DNA of 64,000 nucleotides from Candidatus Bathyarchaeia archaeon (GTDB lineage: Archaea; Thermoproteota; Bathyarchaeia; Bathyarchaeales; Bathycorpusculaceae). Positions within the stretch are counted from its first letter, which is position 1. Each line of letters starts with the position of its first letter. Shown here one piece after another: positions 39,145 to 49,610 of this stretch. The translations under genes and the position numbers were made by a program. The notes beneath the pieces were generated by a model. The model made no database searches. It worked only from the letters and a program-made list of their open reading frames with translations, and was not told the origin of the DNA. The stretch spans positions 1-64,000 of the forward strand of contig JAVZLM010000005.1 in the NCBI GenBank assembly GCA_038883775.1, written 5' to 3'.

Positions 39145-40656
39145 ATGGTTAAGCTTAGAGAACAAGAGTATAAACTGCTTTTAAGCCTAAAAAAGCTTGA
39201 TGGAAAGGCTTCCATAGAACAAATAATGGCTGAGAGCGGACTTTCTGATGCAGCCGTGATGCGGGCAGCTTTGACATTACAAGAGAGGAAACTTTTGAAA
39301 ATTCATGAAGAGAAACAAACAGTAGTTAGGCTTAACGAAGAAGGAAAAATTCACGCAAAAAGGGGTTTACCAGAAAGACGCCTAATAGATGCTTTAGAAG
39401 AGCTTGGCAAGAAAGCCTCAATCGAAAAAGTGGTTGAAAAAGCCAACTTAGAAAAACATTTCATACCTATAGCCTTAGGATGGATTCAAAAGAAAAAATG
39501 GGCAACACTGGACACAAAGACTGATACTTTGCAGATGCTTGAAAAAACAAAAGAAGAAGATGACGAAAGGCTTTTGAAACTTTTAAACAAAAAGGGACAA
39601 GAAGTAATCGAAAATTTAAGCCCAGAACTTCAAAAAGCTGCTCAAATTTTAAAAAAGCGAAAGCTTCTGGAAACAGAGGAAAAGGCAAAAAGAATCATCG
39701 AATTGGAAGAGGCTGGATGGAAAGCAGTAAAGAAAGGAGTGAAAGTTGCTGCGGAAATAACCCAACTCACGCCAGAAATCATCATCAGCGGAAAATGGAG
39801 AAAAACAAAACTTCAGAAATACAACATAGAATCCCCTGTGGCAAAAACTTGGCCTGGCAAAAAACATCCTTACCTACAGTTTTTGGATGAAGTTAAAGAA
39901 AAGCTTGTGACCTTAGGATTTAAGGAAATGACAGGCCCAACCGTGGAAACGTCTTTCTTCAATTTTGACGCCTTGTATACTCCGCAAGATCATCCAGCCC
40001 GGGAAATTTTCGGCATATACTTCGTGAAATCGCCAAAGTATGGCAGCATAAACGCCAGCAAGCATGTTTTAAAGAATGTTAAGGAAACCCATGAAAATGG
40101 GTGGAAGACTGGTTCCAAGGGATGGGGATACCGATATTCCCTAAAAGAGGCTAGGCGCCTAATCCTTCGTGGTCATGGAACATGCTTAAGCGCCAGAACT
40201 CTCTTAAGCAGGGATTTGGAGATTCCTGGACGCTATTTCTCGATTGTGCGCTGTTATAGACCAGAGGTTGTGGATAAGACGCATCTTACAGAATTTAACC
40301 AGGTGGAGGGCATAGTTGTGGATAAGGATTTAACCCTTAGAGACCTTCTTGGGGTTTTAGAAAAATTTGCCATTGAAATTGCTGGAGCTGACGAGGTCAA
40401 ATTTAGACCAGACTATTTCCCCTTCACAGAGCCAAGCGTGGAATTGAGCGCTTACAAGAAGGGTTATGGGTGGATTGAGTTTGGGGGTTCTGGCATTTTT
40501 AGACCAGAGGTTACTCTGCCATTGGGTGTTAATGTGCCAGTTATCGCTTGGGGTTTGGGCATTGACCGCTTATTCATGATGAAGGCTGGGATAGATGACA
40601 TTCGCCAAATTTTCTCTTATGATTTGGATTGGATAAGGAGGAAAAGGGTGGTTTAG
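39145..40656 (+). CDS. pheS: Phenylalanyl-tRNA synthetase alpha subunit
   Basis: NFDAL..PQDHPARE, FNQVEG, YFPFTEPS, WGLGIDRL. Confidence 0.97.
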   Translation: MVKLREQEYKLLLSLKKLDGKASIEQIMAESGLSDAAVMRAALTLQERKLLKIHEEKQTVVRLNEEGKIHAKRGLPERRLIDALEELGKKASIEKVVEKANLEKHFIPIALGWIQKKKWATLDTKTDTLQMLEKTKEEDDERLLKLLNKKGQEVIENLSPELQKAAQILKKRKLLETEEKAKRIIELEEAGWKAVKKGVKVAAEITQLTPEIIISGKWRKTKLQKYNIESPVAKTWPGKKHPYLQFLDEVKEKLVTLGFKEMTGPTVETSFFNFDALYTPQDHPAREIFGIYFVKSPKYGSINASKHVLKNVKETHENGWKTGSKGWGYRYSLKEARRLILRGHGTCLSARTLLSRDLEIPGRYFSIVRCYRPEVVDKTHLTEFNQVEGIVVDKDLTLRDLLGVLEKFAIEIAGADEVKFRPDYFPFTEPSVELSAYKKGYGWIEFGGSGIFRPEVTLPLGVNVPVIAWGLGIDRLFMMKAGIDDIRQIFSYDLDWIRRKRVV

Positions 40657-40657
40657 G

Positions 40658-42358
40658 ATGCCAACAATAGACGTTGATTATGCGGATTTTGAAAGAATGC
40701 TTGGCATAGAACTGCACATGAACATGGAAAGGCTTAATGAAATCTTAGCTTATGTTAAGGGTGAAGTGAAACTTTTCGATGAAAAAGAAGGCGTAGTGAG
40801 CATTGAAATTAAAGATACAAACCGCCCAGACATATGGAACATTGAAGGCTTAACCCGCACCTTGCGGGGCTTTTTGGGGTTGGAAGAGGGGTTAAAGGCG
40901 TATACTGTGAACAAGCCTATAATTGAGGTTTATGTGAACCCACGGCTTAAGGATATTAGACCATTCATAGGCTGCTCAATAGTTAAAGACGTTAAACTAA
41001 CAGACACAATAATCCGCGGGCTCATGCACTTGCAAGACAAACTGGACCAGACTTATGGAAGGAATAGGCAGCGTACATCTATTGGATTGTATGACTTCAG
41101 CCTGATAACGCCGCCGCTTTATTATGGAGTTGCCAAGCCAACAGAAGTTAGTTTTGTCCCGCTTGGTTTTGAGGAAAAAATGAATTTAGAGGAAATTTTA
41201 GAGCGGCATCCGAAGGGTATAGAGTATGGGCATATAGTGAAAAAGCATCCAGTTTATCCCATACTCCAAGATTCAAAAAGCAAAGTGCTATCCTTCCCGC
41301 CAATAATAAACTCAAACGATTTAGGAAGAGTAACAGAGCAAACACGGCATGTGCTTGTTGAAGTGACGGGGACGATGCATGAAACAGTTCTTAACACTTT
41401 GAAAATTGTTACGCTCTCTTTAATTGACCGTGGAGGAAAAGCCTACTCCGCCACAATCCACTATCCACATGAAAACATGAAAGTGGTTACGCCAAACCTT
41501 AAAACATGGCTTATGGAATTGAATATTGAATACGTAAACAAGGTTTTAGGTTTGCAGTTAACGGCTAAAGAAATAGCCCAGCTTCTTATAAAGGCACGGT
41601 TCGGCATCCAAAAACTTGAAAGCCATAAGGTAATCGTGAAGATTCCCTGTTATAGAATTGATGTGATGCATCCAATAGATTTGGTGGAAGACATAGCAAT
41701 AGCCTATGGATACAACAATATCAAGCCTTTATGGCGCAAACTTCCAACAACAGGCGGCGTAAACCCAAAACAAGGGTTTTTGAATGTGGCGAGGGAGTTG
41801 ATGATTGGCTTAGGATTCCAAGAAGCCCTAACATACACGATGACGAATCCAGAAAACCTATTCACAAAAATGAACTGCAAGAAAACTCGAATAGTGGAGG
41901 TTGCAAACCCAAAAGTTCAAACCTTCACTTGCCTAAGAAACTGGCTTCTCCCAAGCCTCATGGAATTTTTAAGCAACAACCTCCATGTGGAATATCCACA
42001 AAAAATCTTCGAGTTGGGCACGGTTACGCTTTTGGACGAGAAAAGGGAAACAAAAACAAGAGATGAGGAAAGACTTGCAGCGGCTATTTCCCACGCAAAC
42101 GCCAGCTTCAGCGAAATAAAATCTGTTTTGGATGCGTTCCTCATGAATCTTGGTTTTGAATGGCAAATAAAAGAGATTAAACATCCAAGCTTTATTGAAG
42201 GACGAGTAGGCGCAGCAATAGTGAATGACGAAAACGTGGGCGTCTTAGGCGAAATTCACCCAAAAGTTTTGGAAGCATGGAAACTCGAAAACCCAGTGGC
42301 AGCCTTCGAAATAAACATGGAAACAATAATTCACGCAAAACCTAGAGGGGAGGGGTAG
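40658..42358 (+). CDS. pheT: Phenylalanyl-tRNA synthetase beta subunit
   Basis: MPTI, NRPD, SFPPIINS, DLVEDIAIAYGY, GEIHP. Confidence 0.97.
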   Translation: MPTIDVDYADFERMLGIELHMNMERLNEILAYVKGEVKLFDEKEGVVSIEIKDTNRPDIWNIEGLTRTLRGFLGLEEGLKAYTVNKPIIEVYVNPRLKDIRPFIGCSIVKDVKLTDTIIRGLMHLQDKLDQTYGRNRQRTSIGLYDFSLITPPLYYGVAKPTEVSFVPLGFEEKMNLEEILERHPKGIEYGHIVKKHPVYPILQDSKSKVLSFPPIINSNDLGRVTEQTRHVLVEVTGTMHETVLNTLKIVTLSLIDRGGKAYSATIHYPHENMKVVTPNLKTWLMELNIEYVNKVLGLQLTAKEIAQLLIKARFGIQKLESHKVIVKIPCYRIDVMHPIDLVEDIAIAYGYNNIKPLWRKLPTTGGVNPKQGFLNVARELMIGLGFQEALTYTMTNPENLFTKMNCKKTRIVEVANPKVQTFTCLRNWLLPSLMEFLSNNLHVEYPQKIFELGTVTLLDEKRETKTRDEERLAAAISHANASFSEIKSVLDAFLMNLGFEWQIKEIKHPSFIEGRVGAAIVNDENVGVLGEIHPKVLEAWKLENPVAAFEINMETIIHAKPRGEG

Positions 42359-42463
42359 GGAAAATAAAACAGAAAAACAGTCCAAATTCTTTGCAAACAG
42401 CAACATTTAACTTACCGAAAAATAAAACTACAAATTGGCAATGACCTCCTTGAGCCTCTTAAT

Positions 42464-42654
42464 CCCACCGAAAAATTCATGCAGACGGACCCAACAGAGG
42501 CGAAAAGCCGTTGAAGGCGGGTTTACCCAAGCATGAGACACGGTGGGCGCGGGCGCAAAACTCCCACACTGGAGAGAGCTTAACCGAGAGGAGCGCAAAG
42601 CTCCACAATGAAGTTAAGTGATAGGTTGGGTGGGAAACAAACGCCCGCGAAACA
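42464..42654 (+). ncRNA. Putative two-hairpin box H/ACA-like sRNA
   Basis: GC-rich intergenic segment folding into two long hairpins, each with K-turn-like GA/GA motif, internal pocket and ACA just 3' of the lower stem. Confidence 0.6.
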
Positions 42655-42659
42655 ACCTT

Positions 42660-43375
42660 TTAAATTACTTTGTTGTCTTTTTTTCTGCCGAGGGCAACAA
42701 TCACTCCTGCTATATATCTTAATGGCGTTCTCTCAAGAAAATCCTCAATTATTAACATTATTTTAAACAGCTTAAGGGACATCTGAAGCTTAACATGCAC
42801 GAGGAGCCACCCAAGAGGGAAGAAACTACTTTCAAAGATTTGAACGTCCTCAGGATTTAACCCAGCATTTTGAAGCATCTTTCTTAATTGGAATCTTGTT
42901 AAATATTTTTCTATGGGTGGTGGGTTATGGTGAGTAAGAATCTGCGCTACCTTACTCATGTCTATGGGGCACAGTTTATTGGGAGTAGCTATGACTATTT
43001 TATCTCTACCGATTCTAACAATTTCTTTTATGCCTTTAGATGGAATACATAAATGTTCGACTACATCAGCGCTGAAAACAACATCAAAAGAGTTATCCTT
43101 AAACGGTATGTTTTCAGCGTCGGCGACCAAAAGGTCAACATAATCTTTGGTTGCAAGTTTTACTTTGGCAATAGTCACCGCTTCCCTTGAAATATCATAC
43201 CTACACAAAACGGAATACCTTGCTTCTTAAAATATACAAGGTAACGCCCATCACCACAACCGACATCGATTAAACTTCCAGCCCTAAAAAAGCCTAATTT
43301 CTCAGGGGTTTTTAGTCGAATACTCATATGGTGCCATTGGCCAAAATCTTGCACTTTCTAACCCATTATTCCATG
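42660..43375 (-). pseudogene. Class I SAM-dependent methyltransferase, frameshifted near 43198 (5' end approximate)
   Basis: Upstream frame encodes motif I LIDVGCGDG; downstream frame continues DIS...ADAENIPFKDNSFD..VEHL. Confidence 0.75.
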
Positions 43376-43519
43376 TACTACTAAACTTTATCTTAGGTAT
43401 GATATTTAAATATAAATATTAAGTTTTCAAGTCTTTCTCCAAATATTCTACTAAATAAAGTGTAGCGAAACAACTTTTAAGTTTCACTTGCGCATAAAAT
43501 GTAGAAGGCTTGATAGGGT

Positions 43520-44596
43520 TTGGATATAGAAACAAAAATTGAATTAATCAAAAAACCGCCAACAGAAGAAATCCTAGTGGAAGAAGAGTTAAGGGAACTT
43601 TTACAAACAAACGAGCACCCCGGGCATTACATAGGCTTTGAAACTTCAGGCTTACTCCATTTGGGAAACCTTGTCATTTCAGGCTTCAAAATAAACGATT
43701 TCATAAAGGCTGGAATAAGATGCCAAGTTTATTTTGCGGACTGGCACAGCTTCATAAACAACAAGTTCGGCGGAGACTGGAACAAGATTCACAAAGCAGC
43801 AGAATATTATGAGAAAGCCTTCAAATTTTTCTGTCCAGGAGTTAAGACTGTTTTAGGTTCAGAATTATACAAGAACAACCTTGAATATTGGAGAAAAGTT
43901 CTCACGTTCTCTAAGCACATGACAATTGCCAGAAGCCTAAGATGCATGACAATAATGGGAAGAAGCGAACACGAAAAACTTGACCTTTCACAATACTTCT
44001 ATCCACCAATGCAAGCAGTAGACATAAAGGAGATAGGTGCAGACATACCCCACGGCGGAATGGACCAAAGAAAAGCCCACGTTTTAGCGAGAGAAATTTT
44101 CCCAAAAATGGGATGGAAAAAACCCGTGGCAGTTCATCACCACCTTCTCATGGGAATTGCAAAACCAGTAGAGCTAAAGTCAAAGGATAAACTGGAACAG
44201 GTTATAGCAAGCAAAATGAGCAAGTCAAAACCATGGACAGCCATATTCATCCACGACACAGAAGAACAAATAAGGGCAAAACTGCACAAAGCCTGGTGTC
44301 CAGAAAAACAAACAGAGGCAAACCCAATTCTGGAAATAGTGAAGTACATAATATTCCATGAAAAGGAAGCCTTCCAAATAAAGAGACCAGCAAAATTCGG
44401 AGGAACAACCCAATTCGAAAGCTACGAAGAGTTAGAAAGGGCTTATAGAAACGGCGAAGTGCACCCTCAAGACCTCAAAAATGCGGTGGCAAAGGAAATA
44501 GCAAAAATGCTAGAACCAATAAGGAAATATTTCGAAACAGACAAAGAAGCAAAAGAATGCTTAGAAATTGTTAAAAAGGCTGAAATAACAAGGTAA
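43520..44596 (+). CDS. tyrS: Tyrosyl-tRNA synthetase
   Basis: YIGFETSG.LHLGN, YPPMQAVD, GGMDQRK, KMSKS. Confidence 0.96.
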   Translation: MDIETKIELIKKPPTEEILVEEELRELLQTNEHPGHYIGFETSGLLHLGNLVISGFKINDFIKAGIRCQVYFADWHSFINNKFGGDWNKIHKAAEYYEKAFKFFCPGVKTVLGSELYKNNLEYWRKVLTFSKHMTIARSLRCMTIMGRSEHEKLDLSQYFYPPMQAVDIKEIGADIPHGGMDQRKAHVLAREIFPKMGWKKPVAVHHHLLMGIAKPVELKSKDKLEQVIASKMSKSKPWTAIFIHDTEEQIRAKLHKAWCPEKQTEANPILEIVKYIIFHEKEAFQIKRPAKFGGTTQFESYEELERAYRNGEVHPQDLKNAVAKEIAKMLEPIRKYFETDKEAKECLEIVKKAEITR

Positions 44597-44601
44597 AAAT
44601 T

Positions 44602-45018
44602 TTGTCCACACGCCTAAAAGAGAAAGGGGAAAAAATTCTGCAAATTCTGGAGCGATTAGCCGAAGAAAACCAAAAAGGAACACCAATAATTGTGGAAGGA
44701 AAAAAGGACATAGAAGCCCTAAAAGCGCTTAATGTGGAAGGCAAAATAATATCAGCAAAAACAGGCGGCAAAAATCTTCTAGACACCATTTCAGAATTAG
44801 AAAAAACCCGAACACAAAAAGTCATCTTATTGTTGGATTTTGACAGAAGAGGAAAAGAACTAACAGAAAACCTAGCAAAACATTTGGAAAAAATGAAAAT
44901 GGATGTTAATTTACGATTTTGGCGGGAACTTATAGGGCTTGTCGGTAAAGAGTTGAAAGATGTTGAGGGTTTAGCCACATACATAGAAACCTTAAAGAAG
45001 AAGATTAGTAATTCATAA
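44602..45018 (+). CDS. Stand-alone TOPRIM domain protein
   Basis: IIVEGKKD, LLDFDRRG, KDVEGL. Confidence 0.9.
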   Translation: MSTRLKEKGEKILQILERLAEENQKGTPIIVEGKKDIEALKALNVEGKIISAKTGGKNLLDTISELEKTRTQKVILLLDFDRRGKELTENLAKHLEKMKMDVNLRFWRELIGLVGKELKDVEGLATYIETLKKKISNS

Positions 45019-45111
45019 AAGTAATAAAGAGCCCAAGTTAACAATCATGTGAAACTGAGAGCCAAAATTACTCTCATCACGTGATTAAAACTAACCTTTA
45101 AACAAAATCAG

Positions 45112-46278
45112 TTGGAGGTGACGCTTACGGGTTCATCACAAACGTTTACCATAAAGTATGTCATCCACGCAAAATTCGAAATAGAAGGCGTAGTGGAAAA
45201 GCCAGACGTTATAGGAGCAGTTTTTGGACAAACAGAAGGCTTATTCGGACCAGAACTCGACTTGAGAGAACTGCAAAAGTCTGGCAGAATTGGAAGAATA
45301 GAAATTGAGCTTCATTCTAAAAACGATAGAACTACTGGCACGATAACAATCCCAACAAGCCTCGACAGAGTCTCCACAGCCCTAATCGCAGCAAGCATAG
45401 AAAGCATAAACCGAGTTGGACCATGCGCCTCAAAAGTAACCCTAGAAAAAATTGAAGACGTAAGAGAAGCCAGAAGAAAAATGATAATCGACAGAGCCAA
45501 GGAGATTCTCCACAAATGGACCATCGAAACCATGCCCTCAGTCGACGAGGTCTTCAAAGAAGTTGCGGAAACTCTGAAAGCTGTAAAGGTCGAAAAATAC
45601 GGACCAGAAGAGTTGTCCGCTGGACCAGAAGTTGACAGCGCTAAGGAGATAATTATTGTTGAGGGAAGGGCGGACGTAATAAACCTTATGCGTTGCGGAA
45701 TGCTCAACGTCATAGCTCTTGAAGGAGCAAAGGTTCCAGAAACGATAAAGCGACTCTCAAAAGAAAAAGAGGCAACTGCGCTTCTCGACGGAGACAGAGG
45801 TGGAGACCTAATCCTAAAAGAGCTGATGCAGGTAACAAACGTCAAGTATGTTGCCAGAGCCCCACGAGGAAAAGAGGTTGAAGAATTAAACTGTAAAGAA
45901 ATTTTTGAGGCGTTAGAAGCGAAGGTTCCGATAGAAGAAGCGCTTAAACCACCACGAAAAGAAAAGCACAAAATAGAGGTCCCGAAGGAAATCGTCCAAC
46001 TAACGAAGGGCTTGGAGGGAACATTAGAGGCTATTCTTTTGAATGATAAGTTGGAGCAGATTGAGCGATTGCCAGTAAGCCAACTAGCCGAAAAACTTCA
46101 GCAAACAGAAGGCGTAAACACAGTCATATTCGATGGAGTAATAACCCAGAGGATAGTTGACGTGGCAAGCGAGAAAAACATAAAAAACATTATTGCCTCA
46201 CGCATATCAGATGCTGTCAAGCCACCATTAAACGTTCAATTACTAACATTCACAGACATTGAAACGCAAAAGGAATAA
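45112..46278 (+). CDS. dnaG: Archaeal DnaG-like protein
   Basis: GVVEKPDVIGAVFGQTEGL, VEGRADV, DGDRGG, DGVITQR. Confidence 0.96.
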   Translation: MEVTLTGSSQTFTIKYVIHAKFEIEGVVEKPDVIGAVFGQTEGLFGPELDLRELQKSGRIGRIEIELHSKNDRTTGTITIPTSLDRVSTALIAASIESINRVGPCASKVTLEKIEDVREARRKMIIDRAKEILHKWTIETMPSVDEVFKEVAETLKAVKVEKYGPEELSAGPEVDSAKEIIIVEGRADVINLMRCGMLNVIALEGAKVPETIKRLSKEKEATALLDGDRGGDLILKELMQVTNVKYVARAPRGKEVEELNCKEIFEALEAKVPIEEALKPPRKEKHKIEVPKEIVQLTKGLEGTLEAILLNDKLEQIERLPVSQLAEKLQQTEGVNTVIFDGVITQRIVDVASEKNIKNIIASRISDAVKPPLNVQLLTFTDIETQKE

Positions 46279-46286
46279 AAAGCAAG

Positions 46287-48671
46287 CTAAGCTCGGAAAA
46301 AGTCTGTTAGCTTTCTAGTTTCTTTTTCCTCCACTTTTGAACTCAATAGTTCTTCTTCTGTTATGCCGAAACTTTCGAGAACTCTAGCTGCTGCGGGGAC
46401 AATTTGCTTTGATATGTAATATTCCATGTCCACCTCATCATAAGAAGCAAACATATAGGGCTTAACACGCTCATATAAGCGTCCAGCGCCAACAACCACC
46501 ACATAGCCAATTTTGTCGCCAACGGAAAGCTTCCAGCCCTTATCCATCAACATCTTCGCAGCCTCCACATGGGAAGCCTTAACCTCATACTCTTCTGGAG
46601 CTTTTGTCAATGTCTTCCATATTATTAGGTCTCGATATGGAATGCGCTTCTGCCTCAACTCGTAAATGGTTTCCTGCACGTATTTTGCGGCTTTTCTCGG
46701 AGACTGTTCCTTCAAAACTATTTCTAAAACCCGCTCCTGCACTTTTTTGGCTATAGATGCCCAATCTCCACGAATAACTTCTAAACCAACAATATCAAGC
46801 TGTCCATCAGGCAAGAGCCCTGCATAACGTTTTTTGGCTTCTGTAAAGAAAATGCGCACATAAATCTTGTCTGGCTTAACCTCTAAACCTAACTTCTCTT
46901 CAATTTCCTTTAACAATTTGTCAATTTTTTCCGGCTCATGCTTTACGAAGATACTGTCAGTATCGCCATAAACAACTTTCAATCCAGCCTTTTCAGCCAT
47001 TTCAATAGCATTTGATATCGTGTGTCTTCCCCAGGCTGTGGCCGCCTCCGCCACGGGCTTTATGTACCATCTTGCGCCTATCCAACCAGCATAACCATAC
47101 GAAGCATTAGTAATAACCTTCACAGCTTTTTGACGAGCATCCAAAACCCGATATTCAACACTTTCAACGGCGGTTTTCTTCATTTTTGAGCGAATTTCAT
47201 CCCGCACTTTAATGAGGTAAGAGAGCACTTCTTTGTAGAAGCCTACTGGTTCTTTTCGGAATCTATGTTTAACTTCTGGGGCTTCGTAAAAACCGCTTTG
47301 GGGTGGCTGTTCTTTAGACGATATGTACGTGTCTGGAGACAAGTTGTAGGTTATCATAAGGTTTGGATACATAGCTTTAAAGTCCAAAACAGCAATGTTT
47401 TCATGCAAGCCCGGTTCTGGCTTAAGCACAATAGCGCCAGCGTATGGTCTGTAGGGCTGTTCAATCCTTTTCGGCACGAGTTCGCCGATTTTTTGTACAT
47501 ACTTTATTAGGAACCATTCCACGCGGAAGCCTACGGCTGCCGTGCCAACATGATCTATCGGTAAGCCTACAAGGTTTGAGAGTTGCATGGCAAAATCCAA
47601 AAGGGCTTGAGCTATGCCCATCACGCATTTTGTGTTTTCCATAGAGAATTTCTTTAAAATTTCCCGTTTTCCTTTGTCATCCCAGTAATCAGCAAAATCC
47701 ACATCCTCAATTAATGTTCGCTCCTCAATTTTCATAACCCCCAAATAATCAGCCAAATTCTCCAAAGTCTTAACCTTAATTTCTGGAAATTCATGAGCAT
47801 AATCCAACAAGTCAATGTTAGCCCTTCCAGTTATTGAAACGTGTCCATAAACGCTTGTGTGCGGTTCCGTTCCAGCCCTATCAACATGCAACCGCAATCC
47901 AACTTTCTTACATCTTTCGTTGAGATATGGCCAATCTTGCCCGTTTATGCCAAAGCCAACAATAATGTCTGGGTCAAACTTTCGAACATAATCCATAAAA
48001 GCTTCTAAAATTGGCTTGTCGTTTTTGCTTTCGTCAGCAACAAACTGTTTTTCTTCGCCATTGTTTGTTGCCACAGAAAATATTATCACGGGGTTTCTGT
48101 CTGGTTTTGGCGTACCTTCGCGACTGTAGCAGATTGTTGAGAAACCCAAAATTCGTAAGGATGGAACTTCGGCTTTTTCGATAGATTTTGGGTAAGATGT
48201 TGCAGCATAAACCTTGTCAACTTGAACGGCTAATGTGCTTTTTTCTTCAACCACTTCTATCTCGTGCCATCCGCAAGGCGCCACATCATTGTCTATTAGG
48301 TAGCGCATGGAATATCGAATGTCATCTTCGAGGCACTCCTTAACGCCTTCAATTTTTCGAAAAGCCTTGGCATATTTTGGTATAACATCAGGATTTTTAC
48401 AATAAACTTTTATGGCTTTCACTGGTTTTCCAAAAAACCTGCGTTCAACAACCTCAAGCCTTTCCACAATGGGATAATGCGCCTTCTCAACTTCTTTAAC
48501 AACTTTATCCGCATTTACGCCTTCTTCAGTAATAATGTAAAAGTAGTCAAGAAAATTTCTATCAATAACAAGAATGCGCTTTCCAGATTCGTCTATGCCC
48601 CAAAGCCAAATTTCAGGCACATCATTCTTTACCTCATAATTCACGTCTAAAAGCCAAAACCGAGTTTTCAT
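46287..48671 (-). CDS. polB: Family B DNA polymerase (PolB3-like) with degenerate 3'-5' exonuclease motifs
   Basis: DFKAMYP, KVITNASYGY and YGDTDS intact; Exo I reads GFSTIC instead of xFDIE. Confidence 0.93.
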   Translation of the reverse strand: MKTRFWLLDVNYEVKNDVPEIWLWGIDESGKRILVIDRNFLDYFYIITEEGVNADKVVKEVEKAHYPIVERLEVVERRFFGKPVKAIKVYCKNPDVIPKYAKAFRKIEGVKECLEDDIRYSMRYLIDNDVAPCGWHEIEVVEEKSTLAVQVDKVYAATSYPKSIEKAEVPSLRILGFSTICYSREGTPKPDRNPVIIFSVATNNGEEKQFVADESKNDKPILEAFMDYVRKFDPDIIVGFGINGQDWPYLNERCKKVGLRLHVDRAGTEPHTSVYGHVSITGRANIDLLDYAHEFPEIKVKTLENLADYLGVMKIEERTLIEDVDFADYWDDKGKREILKKFSMENTKCVMGIAQALLDFAMQLSNLVGLPIDHVGTAAVGFRVEWFLIKYVQKIGELVPKRIEQPYRPYAGAIVLKPEPGLHENIAVLDFKAMYPNLMITYNLSPDTYISSKEQPPQSGFYEAPEVKHRFRKEPVGFYKEVLSYLIKVRDEIRSKMKKTAVESVEYRVLDARQKAVKVITNASYGYAGWIGARWYIKPVAEAATAWGRHTISNAIEMAEKAGLKVVYGDTDSIFVKHEPEKIDKLLKEIEEKLGLEVKPDKIYVRIFFTEAKKRYAGLLPDGQLDIVGLEVIRGDWASIAKKVQERVLEIVLKEQSPRKAAKYVQETIYELRQKRIPYRDLIIWKTLTKAPEEYEVKASHVEAAKMLMDKGWKLSVGDKIGYVVVVGAGRLYERVKPYMFASYDEVDMEYYISKQIVPAAARVLESFGITEEELLSSKVEEKETRKLTDFFRA

Positions 48672-48743
48672 AACTTGTCGCCCCCTCAAAATGAATAGTG
48701 AAGAAAAGTTTCTTTTAACACTTTTTAATGATGTTCTTCCTTG

Positions 48744-49529
48744 CTATTCTGTGTTTGATAACAACTCTTTTCTTTTAAGAAAAACCATTATTGGGATGGC
48801 TATAATGTAAAAAGTTATGCTTAGAATATACCCGTTCTCTTGAGAAGTTACAATGCCGAAAGGTATGGAGCTCCCAATGAAAATCGTGAATGAGTGGTAG
48901 GTTATGGTTCCAATTGTTGTTTTTCCAGTGCTCGTATAGAAGTATCCAAGAAAAATTCCAGTTATGGTGGCGAAAAGCACAAAAAGAGTCCAGTAGGTGA
49001 ACGTGAGAATGGAAAATGGAGAAACAAAGATGTAAACTAATGAGAGATGATAAAGTCCGAAGAGAATGGAGGAATATGCTATTGCTTCAATGTTGGAAAA
49101 AGCCTTGCAAAAATTTCTAAGAATGTACCCTCTAAAAGCAGTTTCTTCCACAAGACCAACTATTAAAGCCAATAAAATGTTGTAGGGAATCGTGAACATG
49201 CCATGCTGGAGGGTGGATGAAGGCCCCAAAGAAAATAGTGAAGCGCCTATCACAATCAAATATGAGCTATAGGCAACTGCAAAAATGAAACCAACGATAA
49301 AATATTTTTTCCAAGCTTTATGTTTTGTAATTCCTAAATCGCTTATTTTCTGTTTATCGAGGACAAAGAAACAAACCTCCACCATAAAGACTACGAGGTA
49401 GGCAAACAGCCAATACTTGCTTAGGAACGGAAAAAGAAAAGTGATATAGTAAAGAACATGCCAGGTTAAGAAGAGAACTAGAAAAAGCAAAATAGCCTTT
49501 CTTACATTAACATTCATAGTCCATTCCAA
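48744..49529 (-). CDS. CPBP family intramembrane metalloprotease
   Basis: EETAFRG, FGLYH, YH motifs; multi-TM. Confidence 0.9.
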   Translation of the reverse strand: MEWTMNVNVRKAILLFLVLFLTWHVLYYITFLFPFLSKYWLFAYLVVFMVEVCFFVLDKQKISDLGITKHKAWKKYFIVGFIFAVAYSSYLIVIGASLFSLGPSSTLQHGMFTIPYNILLALIVGLVEETAFRGYILRNFCKAFSNIEAIAYSSILFGLYHLSLVYIFVSPFSILTFTYWTLFVLFATITGIFLGYFYTSTGKTTIGTITYHSFTIFIGSSIPFGIVTSQENGYILSITFYIIAIPIMVFLKRKELLSNTE

Positions 49530-49610
49530 AGAAGTATCAAGAATAAATAATTTAACACTTTTTAATAGTCACCAATGCTATTGCATAAATGTGCGAAGAG
49601 GCTAAAAGCT

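Noticed and set aside
42464-42654. SRP RNA or TnpB-associated RNA interpretation
   Set aside because: No SRP helix-8 motif on either strand and no tnpB/tnpA nearby; K-turn plus ACA layout fits H/ACA better
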